From the IMG/VR virus record IMGVR_UViG_3300029705_000015: a stretch of 64,000 nucleotides of DNA. One strand, 5' to 3'. This DNA comes from a virus (lineage: Duplodnaviria > Heunggongvirae > Uroviricota > Caudoviricetes). Each line of letters opens with the position of its first letter. Position 1 is the first letter of the stretch. Below the pieces are notes generated by a model. The model had not been told where the DNA came from. It ran no database searches and saw only the letters and a program-made list of their open reading frames with translations. A program made the translations under genes and the position numbers. Below are positions 8,373 through 17,078 of this stretch, one piece after another.

Positions 8373-10862
8373 ATGGCAGATTCTCTATGGGGTGAAGAAT
8401 TTACTTTCACCCCTCCTCCAAAGCAACAGAAGAAAGTTATTGATAAAGTATCAAAACCTAAGAAGGTAACTACAACAACTGAGAGGGTTGTTAGATCCTC
8501 AAACAAAGTTACAACAGCTGAAAAACTTGCAATGATTGAGGCTGAAGTATACCGAATCTTGGGTGTTTACAAAGATCAAACTGTTGTTCTGAGGACTGAG
8601 GAGGAATTAGCTGAATATATTGATAAAGCAATTCTGAATTCAGTTATTGCAGTTGATACTGAAACAAATAATAGTCTTGTTCCTCTTACATGTAAGATAA
8701 TGGGACTCTGTTTGTATACCCCAGGAATGAAGAACGCTTATATTCCTGTTAATCATGAAAACATTCATACTGGTGAGTTGCTTCCGAATCAGGTTACTGA
8801 GGAGCAGATCCGAAGACAGCTTGAACGACTTACTGATGTTCAGATTATTATGCACAATGGTAAGTTCGACTTTGAGGTTATCAAGTGTACATGTGGTAAT
8901 GAACTTGAAATCTTCTGGGATACAATGATTGCTTCTCGTATTCTTGATGAAAATGAACGAGCAAACTTGAAGCAACAGTATATCAGTAAGATTGACCCTT
9001 CTATTGAGAAGTATTCTATTGAGAAACTTTTTGAAGGAATTGAGTATGCAAAAGTTTCTCCTGAACTTTTTGCATTATATGCAGCTACTGACGCTTTTAT
9101 GACTTATAAGTTGTATGAGTGGCAGAAATCTCAATTTGCTCAGCCAGGTTACGAACGAATGTACAATCTCTTTAAGAATATTGAGATGCCGATTGTTCGT
9201 GTTTGTGCAGATATGGAACTTGCAGGTATTGAGATTGATAAAGAATACGGTGAGCGGTTAAGTGCAAAGTATCACAAGAAACTTGATGCAATTGACAAAC
9301 AGATTGAAGAGACATTACATCAGTATGATCAGATAATTGCAGAATGGAGAAAGACTCCAGAGGCAAATCATAAGGAAAAGAAGCTTAACAAGAAGGGTGA
9401 AGAGACATGGACCAAGTCAAAGAACGAACAGCTCTCTGATCCAATGAGTGTTACAAGCCCGACACAGTTAGCTATATTCTTCTATGATGTTTTGAAGCAT
9501 CCTGTGGTTGATAAGAAGAGTCCTCGAGGAACTGGTGAAGACATCTTGTTGAAGATGGATTATCCCATTGTTAAACTAATCTTGGAAAAGCGTGGCTTAG
9601 AAAAGATAATTGGTACATATGTTGATAAACTTCCTCAATGTGTCATTCCGGAAACTGGTAGACTTCATGCACATTTTAATCAGATTGGTGCTGACACCGG
9701 TCGATTCAGTTCAAGTGATCCCAACTTGCAGAACATTCCTTCTCACTTGAAGGACATTCGTATGCTGTTTAGAGCGGGTGAGGGAAAAGTATTGGTCGGC
9801 AGCGACTTTTCCCAGCAGGAACCGAGATTGCTGTGTTCAATGGCAGGAGATCAAGCAATGATCACTGCTTACAGAAATAAACAAGACCTTTATGCAACAA
9901 TTGCTACAAAGGTGTACAACAACGGCTACTGGGATAACATGGAACACTACGAGGATGGTTCTCCAAATCCCGAAGGAAAGAAGCGTCGTTCAAATTGTAA
10001 GAGTATCCTGTTGGGACTGATGTATGGTCGTGGTGCCGCATCAATTGCTGAACAGATCAATCAGCCAATTCAAGAAGCTCAAAAGATTATTGATACTTTC
10101 TTCAAGGGGTATCCCGCAGTTAAGAAGTGGATTGATAAGACGCAAGCGGATGCAAAGATCAACGGCTATGTTGAAGATCATTGGGGTCGTAGACGTAGAC
10201 TTCCTGATATTTTACGACCTCCTGTGGAGGTTCGGTATTCAGACAAGGATAGAGTTGTTGTACCGTCTGATTTCAATCCGTTACTTGGATCAACTGGCAA
10301 ATATAGTGCAAGCACGCAATCAGATATTGACATCTATAAAGAGAAAGCTCTTGCTACTCGCGGTAGGAAAGAGATGGAAAAGTTAAAGTCTGAAGCTCTT
10401 GCAAAGGGCATCGAAATTCATGAAAACGGTGGATTCATAGCTCAAGCTGAAAGACAATGTGTCAATGCCCGTATTCAAGGTGGTGCTGCAACAATCACGA
10501 AAATTGCGATGAATAAAGTTCATTCCGATCCGGAATTGAGGCGTATGGGATTCAAAATGCTTATCTGTGTTCATGATGAATTGATTGGAGAGTGTCCTGA
10601 AGAATACGCAGAAGCTTGTGGTGAAAGATTGTCGCAAGTTATGATTGAATCTGTAGCTGAGGATGTAGCTTGCCCAATGAAGTGCGATGCCACTATAACT
10701 CGTTATTGGTATGAAGACGAAGTTGCTGCCAAACTGCAAGAGAAATTTGCTGATAAGATTGCACAAGGAGCAGATCCTGAATCAGTTAAACAGCAATTTC
10801 TGGCAGACAATGAAGAACTAACATATGAACAGCTTGAAGGGCTTCTTACAATGAAGTTGTGA
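8373..10862 (+). CDS. polA: Family A DNA polymerase with 3'-5' exonuclease
   Basis: AVDTET, HNGKFD, YAATD; PNLQNIP, SDFSQQEPR, KSILLGLMYG, NARIQG, VHDEL. Confidence 0.95.
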   Translation: MADSLWGEEFTFTPPPKQQKKVIDKVSKPKKVTTTTERVVRSSNKVTTAEKLAMIEAEVYRILGVYKDQTVVLRTEEELAEYIDKAILNSVIAVDTETNNSLVPLTCKIMGLCLYTPGMKNAYIPVNHENIHTGELLPNQVTEEQIRRQLERLTDVQIIMHNGKFDFEVIKCTCGNELEIFWDTMIASRILDENERANLKQQYISKIDPSIEKYSIEKLFEGIEYAKVSPELFALYAATDAFMTYKLYEWQKSQFAQPGYERMYNLFKNIEMPIVRVCADMELAGIEIDKEYGERLSAKYHKKLDAIDKQIEETLHQYDQIIAEWRKTPEANHKEKKLNKKGEETWTKSKNEQLSDPMSVTSPTQLAIFFYDVLKHPVVDKKSPRGTGEDILLKMDYPIVKLILEKRGLEKIIGTYVDKLPQCVIPETGRLHAHFNQIGADTGRFSSSDPNLQNIPSHLKDIRMLFRAGEGKVLVGSDFSQQEPRLLCSMAGDQAMITAYRNKQDLYATIATKVYNNGYWDNMEHYEDGSPNPEGKKRRSNCKSILLGLMYGRGAASIAEQINQPIQEAQKIIDTFFKGYPAVKKWIDKTQADAKINGYVEDHWGRRRRLPDILRPPVEVRYSDKDRVVVPSDFNPLLGSTGKYSASTQSDIDIYKEKALATRGRKEMEKLKSEALAKGIEIHENGGFIAQAERQCVNARIQGGAATITKIAMNKVHSDPELRRMGFKMLICVHDELIGECPEEYAEACGERLSQVMIESVAEDVACPMKCDATITRYWYEDEVAAKLQEKFADKIAQGADPESVKQQFLADNEELTYEQLEGLLTMKL

Positions 10863-10887
10863 TAACTGTTGTATAAATACTTATAAA

Positions 10888-10951
10888 TAAGGGCGGTGTT
10901 CGATCCTACAATCCCTCGCCCTTGATAAAAATATAAATTCAAACTAAGGAG
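10888..10951 (+). ncRNA. Candidate preQ1-I (type I-like) riboswitch
   Basis: Stem aagggcg/cgccctt enclosing G-UUCG...AUC-C, A-rich tail ending AAACUAAGGAG overlapping the SD of a yhhQ-type gene. Confidence 0.6.
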
Positions 10952-10958
10952 ATCAAAT

Positions 10959-11765
10959 ATGACTAGACTAAAGAATTGGATCAAGGATGAAGTAACTGAA
11001 TACAAAAGTTTGTTAAAGAATATTCCGGCGCTACTGCTTGCAGCTTTTTGTTTGGCTGTAGTGTTGATGAATACATTGGCAAACAAGACTATTGTGTCAA
11101 CAGATTGGATTGACATTGATGGAGGTATCCTCTGTGCATGGCTCATTTTTATGGCAATGGATCTAACGGCACAGCATTTCGGACCTCGAGCAGCAACAAA
11201 AATGTCTCTTGTAGGACTTGCTGTAAACCTACTGGTTTGCGGTATTTTTGGAGTTGCATCAATGATCAATATTGGTGGCGGAGCTTGGTCACCTGCATGG
11301 AATTATGCAACAGAAGAAGGATTTAACATTGCTAATGAAGCTGTTAATTCTCTGTTTGCTGGATCCTGGCAAGTTTTGTTGGCAAGTAGTGTTGCATTCA
11401 TTGTTTCTGCAGTTGCTAACAACACAATGAATTGGACCATCGGTAACTTGTTCAAGAACAAGAACACTCCAAGAGCTGAGTATGTAACAAGAGCTTACAT
11501 ATCAACAATGATTGGTCAGTTTGTTGATAATTGGATCTTTAACTTTTTACTATTCATTGTTCTTTTCCAAGATCCAACATGGACGCTGTTGAGTGTAACA
11601 ACTTGTGCAGCCCTGGGCGCACTTGTTGAATTATTCATGGAAATTGTTTTCAGTCCGTTTGGATATAGAGTGGTAACTCGTTGGAGAGCAGAAGCTGTTG
11701 GTCAAGAGTACATTGATACTTATGGTACTGGATTACTTAGATCCAATGTAAACGAGGTGAGATAA
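10959..11765 (+). CDS. yhhQ: VUT/YhhQ-family queuosine precursor (preQ0/preQ1) transporter
   Basis: Multi-TM; MNTLANK, DLTAQHFGPRAA, ISTMIGQFVDNWIF signature. Confidence 0.85.
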   Translation: MTRLKNWIKDEVTEYKSLLKNIPALLLAAFCLAVVLMNTLANKTIVSTDWIDIDGGILCAWLIFMAMDLTAQHFGPRAATKMSLVGLAVNLLVCGIFGVASMINIGGGAWSPAWNYATEEGFNIANEAVNSLFAGSWQVLLASSVAFIVSAVANNTMNWTIGNLFKNKNTPRAEYVTRAYISTMIGQFVDNWIFNFLLFIVLFQDPTWTLLSVTTCAALGALVELFMEIVFSPFGYRVVTRWRAEAVGQEYIDTYGTGLLRSNVNEVR

Positions 11766-11771
11766 TCAGGT

Positions 11772-12038
11772 ATGACAGAATACTTTGACACTTTACTAAC
11801 AGATCCTGTTTCAATCATTGGATTAGTTGCAAGTATCATTGTTCTTGTGTCAATGTGTTTCAATTCATCGACAAAGAGAGGAAACATCCTGATGAGATCA
11901 GTTAATCTGATCGGTAGTATTGTTTCAGTAATCTACGGTATCCTTCTAGGACCGTTAGGTGCGGGAATGATACTTCTCAACGGTGTGCTTGTATTTGTAA
12001 ATTTGTACTATCTGATTGTAACACTTAAGCACAAATGA
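11772..12038 (+). CDS. Small 3-TM membrane protein (YgjV/PQ-loop-like)
   Basis: IIGLVASIIVLVS...MRSVNLIGSIVSVIYG...LLNGVLVFVNLYYL. Confidence 0.6.
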   Translation: MTEYFDTLLTDPVSIIGLVASIIVLVSMCFNSSTKRGNILMRSVNLIGSIVSVIYGILLGPLGAGMILLNGVLVFVNLYYLIVTLKHK

Positions 12039-12044
12039 TATAAC

Positions 12045-12099
12045 AGGCGCAACTATCTGAGGTATAACTTATCTCATTGAGATAGTTGCGCCTATTTTT
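12045..12099 (+). terminator. Terminator-like long hairpin after yhhQ operon
   Basis: aggcgcaactatct/agatagttgcgcct 14-bp stem, inner hairpin, then attttt. Confidence 0.75.
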
Positions 12100-12131
12100 A
12101 ATAAAAATTCTTCCTATTTTCTGGAGAGAAA

Positions 12132-12527
12132 ATGATAAAAGTTTATTCTATTGATGAAGATTATCTTGAAAAATTTTTGAATATGATTCCTGATGAATCT
12201 GTAAAAAATATTCTTGTAACACCGAAAGGAATGTACACAGTTATTTGTAATCATGACCCCGCACATGCAGGTATATATTCATATGTGCTTAGATTACTTG
12301 ATGGTTCTATCAAGCCTGTTAATGAGCGTGTTCTTGAATCATCAGGTTACGATGTACTTAGCTTTTCTTCAGTGAGTCGTAAAATTATTCGTACATATGA
12401 TCTTGGTGTGGAAATACCGAAAGAAAATCAAGAATTCATGATTAACTGCTTACAGAAGTTATTTCGCGATAAAGAGTGTGTATTCTTGAATTCACGTACT
12501 TTCACATTGACACAGTCACTAGTTTAA
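12132..12527 (+). CDS. Hypothetical protein
   Basis: 131 aa ORF with SD ggag. Confidence 0.65.
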   Translation: MIKVYSIDEDYLEKFLNMIPDESVKNILVTPKGMYTVICNHDPAHAGIYSYVLRLLDGSIKPVNERVLESSGYDVLSFSSVSRKIIRTYDLGVEIPKENQEFMINCLQKLFRDKECVFLNSRTFTLTQSLV

Positions 12528-12557
12528 GTTGAATAATTGTAGTTCTTATATTACAAT
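12527..12557 (+). promoter_or_regulatory. AGTTGA-type promoter for dpdA-like gene
   Basis: TTGAAT 12529-12534, 17 bp, TACAAT 12552-12557. Confidence 0.75.
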
Positions 12558-12586
12558 GTTGTTAACTAGAAAATAACAAGGAGGTC

Positions 12587-13798
12587 TTGATGAGTTGTCA
12601 AGTCTACTACTATTCAGGAGCTTATGATCCACAGTTAAAGCGTGACCTGAATATTGATCAGTTGTTTTCTGTGTATCACGAAAAGAAACTGATCATGGAA
12701 ACTGTTACATACAAGAGAGAGCATCCTGAGTATACAGCTAGAATCATGTGTGACAGCGGTGCTTTTACACATTTCCAGCAAATGAAGAAAAAGGGATTGA
12801 CTCTAACTGATCAGGATATCATTGAGTACACTGATACTTATCTTGAGTTCCTCAATGAATGGGGAGATGGTCTTGATTGTTTTGTTGGTGTTGACTCTGT
12901 TCCTGATCCCGAAAATGTTGATCCTACATACGGTGATAAGACCTGGGAAAACTATCTTTATATGTGGGAAAGACTTAATCCTGAAATCCGGCATAAGTTG
13001 ATTCCTGTATTCCACTATGGTGAGGAATGGAAGCACCTTGAAAGATTCTTGGAATACGTTCATCCTGATGGTAGCAAGCTAGATTACATTGGTTTGGCTA
13101 TCTCCTTGGAAGGAACACGTAAAGTCAGAATTAACTGGGGTCAAGATGCAATGAAGATCATTGCAAACAGTAGTAATCCGAATGTTAAGACTCATGCATT
13201 CGGTGTCGGTGTTAAATCTGTTCTTGAACACATTGATGTTTATTCAACAGACGCAACATCTTATCTGAAAAGAGCTGCTTATGGAATGATCAGTATTGAT
13301 GACAAGACAATCTATGTTAGTGACATTCAAAAAGAAATGCTCAGAGGTAACCACTATTCAGAGAAGTCTGCTGCTTATCAGAAATCTGTTGAAGACATTA
13401 TTCATGAGCGTGGATTTACACTTGATCCTTATGAATTGAATTATGAATTCATGGATGCAGATACTGTTAAGTTCACTCTTGATGGTGAGGAGTATCATGT
13501 TCACAAGGATAATGATACAAGTGTTCTTTTGATTCATGGTGATGAAATTGACACCTTGAAGTTGAGCGCAGCTGAGGATGCTCCTGAAGGGGCAGATAAG
13601 TTTTTTGGAACCTGGGAAACAAAGAGGAAAACTTTGATTTTTGACGGCTTAGGAACTGTTCGATTTGATCCTGGTAATGCTCTGGCTACTAACTGTTATG
13701 CAAGAGCAGTTTTCAACATTCAGGATACCGAGAATTGGATGAGTAAGATTCGTGAAATGGCTCCTGCTGTAATTAAAACTAAAGTTGATCTTTGGTGA
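12587..13798 (+). CDS. dpdA: DpdA-like (TGT-fold) base-exchange transglycosylase
   Basis: CDSGAF, FVGVD, PVFHYGE, HAFGV, STDATS match TGT/DpdA catalytic Asp pattern; no bacterial TGT Zn site; linked to yhhQ. Confidence 0.75.
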   Translation: MMSCQVYYYSGAYDPQLKRDLNIDQLFSVYHEKKLIMETVTYKREHPEYTARIMCDSGAFTHFQQMKKKGLTLTDQDIIEYTDTYLEFLNEWGDGLDCFVGVDSVPDPENVDPTYGDKTWENYLYMWERLNPEIRHKLIPVFHYGEEWKHLERFLEYVHPDGSKLDYIGLAISLEGTRKVRINWGQDAMKIIANSSNPNVKTHAFGVGVKSVLEHIDVYSTDATSYLKRAAYGMISIDDKTIYVSDIQKEMLRGNHYSEKSAAYQKSVEDIIHERGFTLDPYELNYEFMDADTVKFTLDGEEYHVHKDNDTSVLLIHGDEIDTLKLSAAEDAPEGADKFFGTWETKRKTLIFDGLGTVRFDPGNALATNCYARAVFNIQDTENWMSKIREMAPAVIKTKVDLW

Positions 13799-13807
13799 GG
13801 TGCTGGT

Positions 13808-14515
13808 ATGAAAGTTTTGATAACTGGAACAAGCTGTGGCGTTGGAAGAGCTGCAGCGGTTAAGTTTCTTGATGAAGGATATGAGGTTGTAGGACTCGAT
13901 GTAAAGGAGCCTTCACTCATTCATGAAAATTATACTCACTACATTTCTGATGTTAGTGATGCAAAGTCTCTTCCTGATGTGGATGGAATCAATTATCTTG
14001 TAAATAACGCAGGAATTGTAACTCCGCAGAAATATGCAATCTTTGTTAATCTGTATGGCTACATCAATGTTCTTGAAAAGTATGGAAATGATCCTGAATT
14101 AAAGAGTATTGTTCAAATCGGTAGTACAGCATCTACAAAGGGCTATGATAACATTCGGTACTGTGCTTCACAAGGTGGTCGAGATGCATTAACAAAATGG
14201 GCTGCGAACAACTTTGGCAAGGATCCTCGACATGTTATTGTTAATTCTTTGAATCTAGATGGTATTGTTGCTGCAGATCCTGAAAGAGGTATTCAAGGAA
14301 CTTCACTAGAACCTGAATTGTATGCACAGCCTGAGTTGATGGAAGAGATTGCAAATCTAAGTGTTCTCAAAAAACTTGCAACAGTAGAGGAGATTGCTGA
14401 ATGGATCTTCTTTCTACTTGTTAAGAACACTGTTATGACTGGTCAGATTATCAACATTGATGGAGAGTTAACAGGTGCGTTCAAGTTTATTCCTTATCCT
14501 GGTTGGAATGATTGA
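13808..14515 (+). CDS. SDR-family NAD(P)-dependent oxidoreductase
   Basis: ITGTSCGVG, VNNAG, GS, Y-x3-Q, MTGQIINIDG. Confidence 0.9.
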   Translation: MKVLITGTSCGVGRAAAVKFLDEGYEVVGLDVKEPSLIHENYTHYISDVSDAKSLPDVDGINYLVNNAGIVTPQKYAIFVNLYGYINVLEKYGNDPELKSIVQIGSTASTKGYDNIRYCASQGGRDALTKWAANNFGKDPRHVIVNSLNLDGIVAADPERGIQGTSLEPELYAQPELMEEIANLSVLKKLATVEEIAEWIFFLLVKNTVMTGQIINIDGELTGAFKFIPYPGWND

Positions 14516-14528
14516 TTGAGAGGTAACT

Positions 14529-15413
14529 ATGGCAAAGATTGTTGGTCTTATTCCTTGTCTCATGCTGGATAACAACAGAGATGCAAACAATGAAGCCATT
14601 GAGCACAACTATAAACATCTGAATCTGGATGCGATTGCAATTTATGATCAAGCCTTTCAAGAAACTGATTATGATGATCGGTTTATCTATGTTGGACATC
14701 AGCCTGATCGTGTTGGATTTACAAACGCTCGTAACGGTTTGTTGAAGTGGTTCTATGAATCAGATTACGATTACGCGTTGTGGTTAGATGCAAATGAGAA
14801 AGTTTCTACTCCAACTATCAATGATACTGTAACTATTGTTGAAGCTTTGAAGGCGGATAAACTGAATCATATTGATGTTATTTTTTCAACTCTCGGGTTG
14901 TGGGTATCTCAGGATAGAATTGTTGCAAAACAGCGTGAAGATTACATGACACATGTTCAATTGATTCCTGCTCTTAACAACAAGAGTTATAACTGGATGC
15001 ATGGACTAATCATGAAGAATTTTAGAAAGTACTATGATCAGCCTGTGTTCATTGATCAGCGATGTGATGTTAAACTTGGCACTCCTGAAGATGTTTATTT
15101 TGCAAGATTGATTCGTAGATACTACAATGCGTATGTTGCTCCAACAATTGTAATCACTAAGCCGAGCTCAAATACATCGACTCATGCAGGAGACGGTAAA
15201 GGAAGATATGTTTATCCTCCTGTTAAGTTTGATGAAGTAGATCAATACATTCTTGAGAATGTAGAAAAAGAAAACCTCAAGATGTGTAACGTTCACTGGT
15301 ATCAAGATTCAGTTAGCCTACCTCGGGTAGAATACATGAAGGAAAAAGTTGCTCCATATAAATCAAGAAAAAAGGAATCGGCTTCAGCTGTAGCTAAAGT
15401 TGATCTATTCTAA
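14529..15413 (+). CDS. GT2/GT-A-like glycosyltransferase
   Basis: GFTNARNGLL...DYALWLDANE resembles GT2 G..AARN...Y(I)LFLD(A)D; later EDVYF. Confidence 0.55.
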   Translation: MAKIVGLIPCLMLDNNRDANNEAIEHNYKHLNLDAIAIYDQAFQETDYDDRFIYVGHQPDRVGFTNARNGLLKWFYESDYDYALWLDANEKVSTPTINDTVTIVEALKADKLNHIDVIFSTLGLWVSQDRIVAKQREDYMTHVQLIPALNNKSYNWMHGLIMKNFRKYYDQPVFIDQRCDVKLGTPEDVYFARLIRRYYNAYVAPTIVITKPSSNTSTHAGDGKGRYVYPPVKFDEVDQYILENVEKENLKMCNVHWYQDSVSLPRVEYMKEKVAPYKSRKKESASAVAKVDLF

Positions 15414-15443
15414 GTTGATTGAGTGACTTCTTAAATATATAAT
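15413..15443 (+). promoter_or_regulatory. AGTTGA-type promoter
   Basis: TTGATT 15415-15420, 17 bp, TATAAT 15438-15443. Confidence 0.85.
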
Positions 15444-15477
15444 CAAAGTGTACATAAATCTGAAAGGAAAATCGTAG

Positions 15478-16605
15478 ATGATTTGTAGAATCGAAGAACT
15501 TCAGAATTCTTGTAGCAAGATTCTTGCTGCTGTGGATTCAAACGCACTGTCTGTACTCACTGAAACTCTACAGCTCAAAACTGTTGATAAAGATTTGTAT
15601 ATCAGTGTTACCAATCGTGAGTACTTTGCTCAGGTAAAGATTCCAATGAATGAAGAGATTGATTTTCATGCAACTGTTAATGCCAATCTGTTCTTGAAGT
15701 TGGTTTCTCAGATTACCACTGACACTATTGAGATGAACATTGTGGACTCTGCACTTGTATTGAAAGGTAACGGAACTTACAAGCTCCCCCTCATCTTTGA
15801 TGGTGATGCGTTGTTGGAATTACCTGAAATCATGATTGACAATCCTACTGTTAATTTTGAAATTGACAGCTCTGTGCTTCTAAGTATGTTACAGTTCAAC
15901 AGTAAGCAGCTGTCTCAGGGTATCATTTCCAAGCCCATTCAGAAACTTTATTATCTAGACGAGTCCGGAGCAGTTACATTTACTACTGGTGCTTGTGTAA
16001 ATAGTTTCAGTTTGGCTCAGCCGGTAAAGCTTCTTCTTAACGATCGTCTTGTTAAGCTCTTCAAGCTTTTCAAAGGTGAAAAGGTTCAGTTTACTCTCGG
16101 ATATGATGCTATTAGTTCTGATATTATTCAGACAAAGGTGAGATTTGCAACTTCAGACATCATCATAACTGCAATCTTGTCTTGTGATGATACTATGCTG
16201 AGATCATTTCCTGTTAATGCAGTTAGAGGTCGTGCAAATGCAGGATATCCTTATTCAGTAAATATCAATCGTGAAGCACTTATTCAGACTATCAGTCGTC
16301 TGTTACTGTTTAGTTCTGCAAACAGTGCAAAGGATGTTATTAAGCCTTATAGCGTCTTTGAGTTCAAGAAGGATAGCGTTGTAGTTTATGACGCTAAGAA
16401 GGAAAACAAGGAAGAGGTGTATTACACCAATACTACTTGTGACATGGAAAACAATTACAGTGCTCTGTTAGATCTAAACGATCTTAAGCAGACTCTTGAG
16501 ACTTGTACTGAGCAGTATGTCACTATCCACTTTGGTGATGGTCAGGCTGTTGTTCTTTCCAGAGGCAATGTCAAGAATGTTATTCCTGAGTGCATTCTAA
16601 ACTGA
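15478..16605 (+). CDS. dnaN: DNA polymerase III beta-type sliding clamp
   Basis: 375 aa, three-domain periodicity, ISVTNRE, typical clamp size and context. Confidence 0.8.
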   Translation: MICRIEELQNSCSKILAAVDSNALSVLTETLQLKTVDKDLYISVTNREYFAQVKIPMNEEIDFHATVNANLFLKLVSQITTDTIEMNIVDSALVLKGNGTYKLPLIFDGDALLELPEIMIDNPTVNFEIDSSVLLSMLQFNSKQLSQGIISKPIQKLYYLDESGAVTFTTGACVNSFSLAQPVKLLLNDRLVKLFKLFKGEKVQFTLGYDAISSDIIQTKVRFATSDIIITAILSCDDTMLRSFPVNAVRGRANAGYPYSVNINREALIQTISRLLLFSSANSAKDVIKPYSVFEFKKDSVVVYDAKKENKEEVYYTNTTCDMENNYSALLDLNDLKQTLETCTEQYVTIHFGDGQAVVLSRGNVKNVIPECILN

Positions 16606-16606
16606 T

Positions 16607-17077
16607 TTGTCAGTTAACAGAGGAAAACAGTTCGAAGGAAAATTTCGTGAAGACTTTCGGAAGCTGACAGGTAGTTTTGTTTATAGACTACCTGATCAGA
16701 CTTCAGGAAATCTTGGATCTCGAAATTTATGTGACTTTGTATGTTATGTTTATCCCTATCTCTTTATTCTGGAAGTAAAGAGCACAAGCGGTAATACGTT
16801 TCCAATAACAAATTTCACTCAGTATCAAACAATGATGCAATATAGAGGTGCTCAAGGTGTTAGAATGGGTGTTGTTATATGGTACACAGAGAAAGATAGA
16901 GTCATATATGTTCCTTTAACAACAATTGAAAAGATGAAACAAGACGGAAAGAAATCAGTCAATATTCGGACACTAGATTCTGAGGAATACGAGTTTCTTG
17001 ATATTCCTTCAACAAAGAAGCGTGTGTTCATGGATTCTGATTATTCTGTTCTGTTAGATTTACCGGAGGGATGGTAA
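16607..17077 (+). CDS. recU: RecU-like Holliday junction resolvase
   Basis: NRGKQFE, CDFV, LEVKST PD-(D/E)xK pattern. Confidence 0.8.
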   Translation: MSVNRGKQFEGKFREDFRKLTGSFVYRLPDQTSGNLGSRNLCDFVCYVYPYLFILEVKSTSGNTFPITNFTQYQTMMQYRGAQGVRMGVVIWYTEKDRVIYVPLTTIEKMKQDGKKSVNIRTLDSEEYEFLDIPSTKKRVFMDSDYSVLLDLPEGW

Positions 17078-17078
17078 C

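Noticed and set aside
10200-10440. Intein or intron in the polA insertion (also checked dnaB, recA, nrdD)
   Set aside because: The insertion is only about 70 aa, in frame, with no Cys/Ser start or His-Asn end and no endonuclease motif. The other genes have normal lengths.
10889-10923. Hairpin read as the polA terminator
   Set aside because: No U-tract follows. The A-rich tail and SD overlap fit a riboswitch better.
12587-13798. Ordinary tRNA-guanine transglycosylase (tgt)
   Set aside because: Lacks the CxCxxC/H Zn site and typical bacterial TGT motifs. The context among replication genes and the clamp-like terminus favour a DNA-acting DpdA, though this is not proven.
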